Shown piece after piece: positions 17,032-20,000 of a stretch of 20,000 bases of DNA. Made by a program: the position numbers and the translations under genes. Under the pieces are notes generated by a model. That model was given only the letters and a program-made list of their open reading frames with translations, ran no database searches and had not been told where the DNA came from. The stretch's first letter is position 1. Each line of letters opens with the position of its first letter. The stretch is from the sequence record SRR22947725_1805. The stretch is one strand, 5' to 3'.

Positions 17032-18365
17032 TTGCCGGTGCGGCGACGCTGACGCTGACGGGAGTTACCGGACCCGCCTTCAGCGCCCGAGGTGGTTCGT
17101 GTGGGGCTTCCCTGACCAGAAGGCTTGGAGCCCTGGCTCCGGGGTGGTTGACCCGCGCGCTTCTCAGCCCTGGGGATGGGGGTGTTCTTCAAGCGACCCT
17201 TGGTCCCTGCGGGGATGTTCAAATCTTCCAAAAAGTGTGGTGAGGAGGAATAGGTTTCTACAGGTTCGGGAATACCCATCTCCAGCGCCTTGTTGATGAG
17301 TGCCCACTTGTGGAGGTCATCCCAATCCACAAATGTCACCGCGATGCCAGTTTTTCCGGCACGGCCAGTCCGGCCCACGCGGTGTAAATAGGCGTTGTGG
17401 TCTTCGGGAATGGTGTGGTTGATGACGTGGGTCACATCGTCAACATCGATTCCTCGTGCTGCCACATCCGTGGCAATTAACACATCCTTCTTGCCGGCCT
17501 TGAAAGCCACCATGCTTCGTTCTCTGGCATCCTGCGAGAGGTCGCCGTGCACAGCGCCCGCCGCGAACCCGCGGTCATTGAGCTCTTCCACCAAGCGGGC
17601 TGCAGCCCGCTTGGTCCGGGTGAAGATGACGGTTTTCCCCCGGCCTTCGGATTGCAAAATGCGACCGATGACTTCGTCTTTATCCAGCGCGTGAGCCCGA
17701 TAGACGAAGTGCTTGATGTTGGCCTGGGTGATTGATTCATCGGGTGAAGTTGCCCGGATGTGAATGGGCTTGTTCATGAAGCGCCTGGCGAGCGTGACCA
17801 CGGGGCCAGGCATTGTGGCCGAGAACAGCATGGTGTGCCGGGTGGGAGGGGTCTGGGAGAACAAACGCTCGACGTCGGGCAAGAAGCCCAAGTCGAGCAT
17901 CTTGTCGGCCTCATCGAGGACCATCACCGAAACGTTGGCGAAGGACAAGAGCCTCTGGCTGGCCAGGTCGAGGAGTCGACCCGGTGTTCCCACCACGATC
18001 TGCGCGCCGGCTTTCAGAGCCTCGATTTGTCCTTCATATGCTTTGCCGCCATAAATTGAGACGACAGAGGTGCTGCGGTTGCCGGCAGCAAGCACCATGT
18101 CTTCGGTCACCTGAACCGCGAGTTCGCGGGTGGGTACAACGATGAGCGCCTTCACTCCCGGCTCCGGGTTGGACCCGAGGGATTGAATGAGGGGTAGGCC
18201 AAACCCGAAGGTTTTGCCGGTGCCTGTTTTGGCTTGTCCAATAATGTCTTGGCCGGTGAGCGCGATGGGAATCGTTTGTTCCTGAATGGGGAACGGTTCG
18301 ATAATTCCTTCGGCTTCGAGGGCCTCGACCATGTCGGTGTCGATACCGAGGTCGGAAAAATTCAC
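17028..18365 (-). CDS. DEAD-box ATP-dependent RNA helicase
   Basis: Q motif (PFPIQ), AKTGTGKT, PTRELA, TPGRL, DEAD, SAT, ARGID, HRVGRTGR, and an Arg-rich disordered tail. GTG start with GAGGA upstream. Confidence 0.96.
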   Translation of the reverse strand: MNFSDLGIDTDMVEALEAEGIIEPFPIQEQTIPIALTGQDIIGQAKTGTGKTFGFGLPLIQSLGSNPEPGVKALIVVPTRELAVQVTEDMVLAAGNRSTSVVSIYGGKAYEGQIEALKAGAQIVVGTPGRLLDLASQRLLSFANVSVMVLDEADKMLDLGFLPDVERLFSQTPPTRHTMLFSATMPGPVVTLARRFMNKPIHIRATSPDESITQANIKHFVYRAHALDKDEVIGRILQSEGRGKTVIFTRTKRAAARLVEELNDRGFAAGAVHGDLSQDARERSMVAFKAGKKDVLIATDVAARGIDVDDVTHVINHTIPEDHNAYLHRVGRTGRAGKTGIAVTFVDWDDLHKWALINKALEMGIPEPVETYSSSPHFLEDLNIPAGTKGRLKNTPIPRAEKRAGQPPRSQGSKPSGQGSPTRTTSGAEGGSGNSRQRQRRRTGN

Positions 18366-18458
18366 GTGTTAGATAATCCTCGTCTTTAGATGTTTGATTA
18401 GTCTAGCTGGCGCTCTTTTGCCACAGGCACTTTGTGCGCTCACAGCTAAGCTTGGCGA

Positions 18459-19172
18459 ATGGCTTTTTGGAAGAAAAAGAAGCCCCTTCGGAAGCCCGTG
18501 CTTCCCTCGAGGGGGTCAGGCTCGCCCGCGAGCAAGGTGGATGTGGGTGACTTAGCGCCCTCGGCAGCAGATTATCTCGCCGGCGCCACCTCCCTCCAGG
18601 CGACTCTTGCGAGTCTGCTGACGCGATGCGCGAATGAAGCGTGGTCGAGCGTTGATTCCCACGATGTCTTCGGGGCAGCAGCGGTGGCGATGGACCGATA
18701 CCGGTCCTTCCACGAGTTGTTGGCGGATTATGTGGACGATGTGCCTGCTGCTCTTGCTCCCGGGCGAGAAAAACTGGCCGCTCATATGGCTCGGTTCCAA
18801 TCAGAGCGCTGGTATGAAAACGTCACCACCAGCTACGTGTTGACAGGATTTACGAGGGATTTTTGGCATCTTCTCGCCGAGGGTCTCCCCCATGCCCTCT
18901 CCACACGCGTCCAGGAAATTGTGGCTGACCGCGGTGATGAAGACGTCCTGGCAGAAGTGCTCGGCAGACTGTTGGCCTCCGACGAACGCTACCGCTCCCG
19001 GGTGAGCCTGTGGTCGAGGCGCTTGGTGGGGGATGTGATGTTGATGTGTCGCGACGCCCTGTCGCCCGAGGTTTTAGCGTCGCAAGAAACCGAGGCTCCG
19101 CTGGAGCCTGTCTTTACCGAAGTCCTCGCACAGCACACCAGGCGACTGGATCGCCTTGGACTGACGGCTTAG
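18459..19172 (+). CDS. Ferritin-like fold (MiaE-like) conserved actinobacterial protein
   Basis: All-helical with WYE..Y..G...DF, LWSRRLVGD and H.RR...LGL motifs. Divergent from the DEAD helicase, as in the conserved actinobacterial cluster. Confidence 0.75.
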   Translation: MAFWKKKKPLRKPVLPSRGSGSPASKVDVGDLAPSAADYLAGATSLQATLASLLTRCANEAWSSVDSHDVFGAAAVAMDRYRSFHELLADYVDDVPAALAPGREKLAAHMARFQSERWYENVTTSYVLTGFTRDFWHLLAEGLPHALSTRVQEIVADRGDEDVLAEVLGRLLASDERYRSRVSLWSRRLVGDVMLMCRDALSPEVLASQETEAPLEPVFTEVLAQHTRRLDRLGLTA

Positions 19173-19462
19173 CGCGTCAAGCTCTCCCACAGAGCAGCAT
19201 CTGCGGCATCCCGCCGCGGCGGGAGAAGAATTCCGGTAGCCACGGGTACACCCGCGGCGAGGCCCATAGCAATGACCCACCCCCAGACGCTGTCGGGGGA
19301 AATTCCCACCCACATCGCGAACGCCCAGCCCAGGGATCCTGCGATAACAGCGAGGGCGGGAAGAACGACGATGCCGAGCTTCTCTCGATGGGGCATGAAT
19401 GCCCGAATCGCTAGGCCGAGCAATCCAGCGACCGTGATGACAAGAACGAGATTAATGGCCAC
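19169..19462 (-). CDS. Small membrane protein (about 3 TM segments)
   Basis: Three hydrophobic stretches and a RRDAAD tail. Starts 2 nt after the DUF3107 stop. Confidence 0.75.
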   Translation of the reverse strand: MAINLVLVITVAGLLGLAIRAFMPHREKLGIVVLPALAVIAGSLGWAFAMWVGISPDSVWGWVIAMGLAAGVPVATGILLPPRRDAADAALWESLTR

Positions 19463-19464
19463 GA

Positions 19465-19689
19465 TTAAGGCGCGAAGCCGACCTTTCGGGCTTTCTCCAC
19501 ACCGAGTTCGACATAGGCCAAGTGTCTCGAAGCAACGACAAAGATGTGACCTTTTTCGTCTTCAAAACGAATCGTGCCGTTCTCAGTGGCCATGCCTTCG
19601 GCGACGGTTTTTTCGAGCTCTTTCGCTTCCGCGTTGGTCTGAAGCACGAGCTCGCGGGCGGTGTTGATAATTCCAATACGTATATCCAC
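19465..19689 (-). CDS. DUF3107-family protein
   Basis: MDIRIGIINTAREL..DEKG..V....LAYVELG...RKVGF. GTG 19689 is preceded by AGGAGG and TACGCT. Confidence 0.88.
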   Translation of the reverse strand: MDIRIGIINTARELVLQTNAEAKELEKTVAEGMATENGTIRFEDEKGHIFVVASRHLAYVELGVEKARKVGFAP

Positions 19690-19706
19690 CCTCCTAGCGT
19701 AGGGCA

Positions 19707-19728
19707 CGTCAGCTGTGTGGATTAGCCT
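19707..19728 (+). promoter_or_regulatory. RecA-NDp/PafBC-type DNA-damage promoter of the adnA-like gene
   Basis: CGTCAG-N10-TAGCCT versus the known motif TGTCRG-N10-TANNNT. Lies 7 nt before the ATG. Confidence 0.6.
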
Positions 19729-19735
19729 CGAGGGG

Positions 19736-20000
19736 ATGCCTACCTCCTTGCCCGCACACACCATTACGGCACCTGTCTCTGCCCGCGCCGTGGTGGTGGG
19801 AGCGCCTGGTTCGGGAAAGACAGAATTGCTGATGCAGCGCTGTGAATCGCTGCTTCAGCAAGGTGTGAGCGTTAATGCGGTCATGGTGGTGACGCCGACC
19901 CGGGCGGCAGCGGGAAAACTGAGAGACGTTTTGGGTGTGCGCCTCGGGGTGGCCACGGAAGGCGCGAGGGTTCGTTCTCTCGCCGCTCTCGCGTTCGCCC
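19736..20000 (+). CDS. UvrD-like helicase(-nuclease), probably AdnA, 5' part (runs off the window)
   Basis: Own translation from ATG 19736: MPTSLPAHTITAPVSARAVVVGAPGSGKTELL..VMVVTPTRAAAGKLRD..ARVRSLAALAF. Contains Walker A plus motifs Ia/Ib. Its position after DUF3107 matches the actinobacterial adnAB locus. Confidence 0.8.
   Translation, partial: MPTSLPAHTITAPVSARAVVVGAPGSGKTELLMQRCESLLQQGVSVNAVMVVTPTRAAAGKLRDVLGVRLGVATEGARVRSLAALAFA

Noticed and set aside
11287..19172. Apparent clustering of metalloenzymes around zupT as a metal-homeostasis system
   Set aside because: The genes lie on mixed strands with separate promoters and belong to known conserved housekeeping blocks. No shared operator was seen.

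Overview
Dense core-genome window from a high-GC actinobacterium. Gene content and protein N-termini suggest a streamlined member of the Microbacteriaceae (inference). Gene order is smc(3' part), a 53-aa sORF, ftsY, <gamma-carbonic-anhydrase-like, ffh, rpsP, khpA, rimM, trmD, <map, rplS, lepB, rnhB, DUF2469, dprA, CpdA-like phosphodiesterase, xerC, <M23-like, zupT, <tRNA-Leu(TAG), <pepP, PHP hydrolase, <DEAD-box helicase, ferritin-like protein, <small membrane protein, <DUF3107, adnA-like (5' part). No mobile element, CRISPR array or clear novel multi-gene system is visible. The most interesting signals are regulatory and architectural. They are: (i) -10 hexamers 5-9 nt before about 14 start codons, suggesting pervasive leaderless genes; (ii) an unannotated sORF before ftsY; (iii) strongly base-paired 5' leaders of rplS (possible pseudoknot or switch) and rpsP; (iv) a PafBC/RecA-NDp-type promoter before adnA; (v) a probable CUG start for rnhB; (vi) four convergent gene pairs sharing an identical TTAG double-stop overlap.
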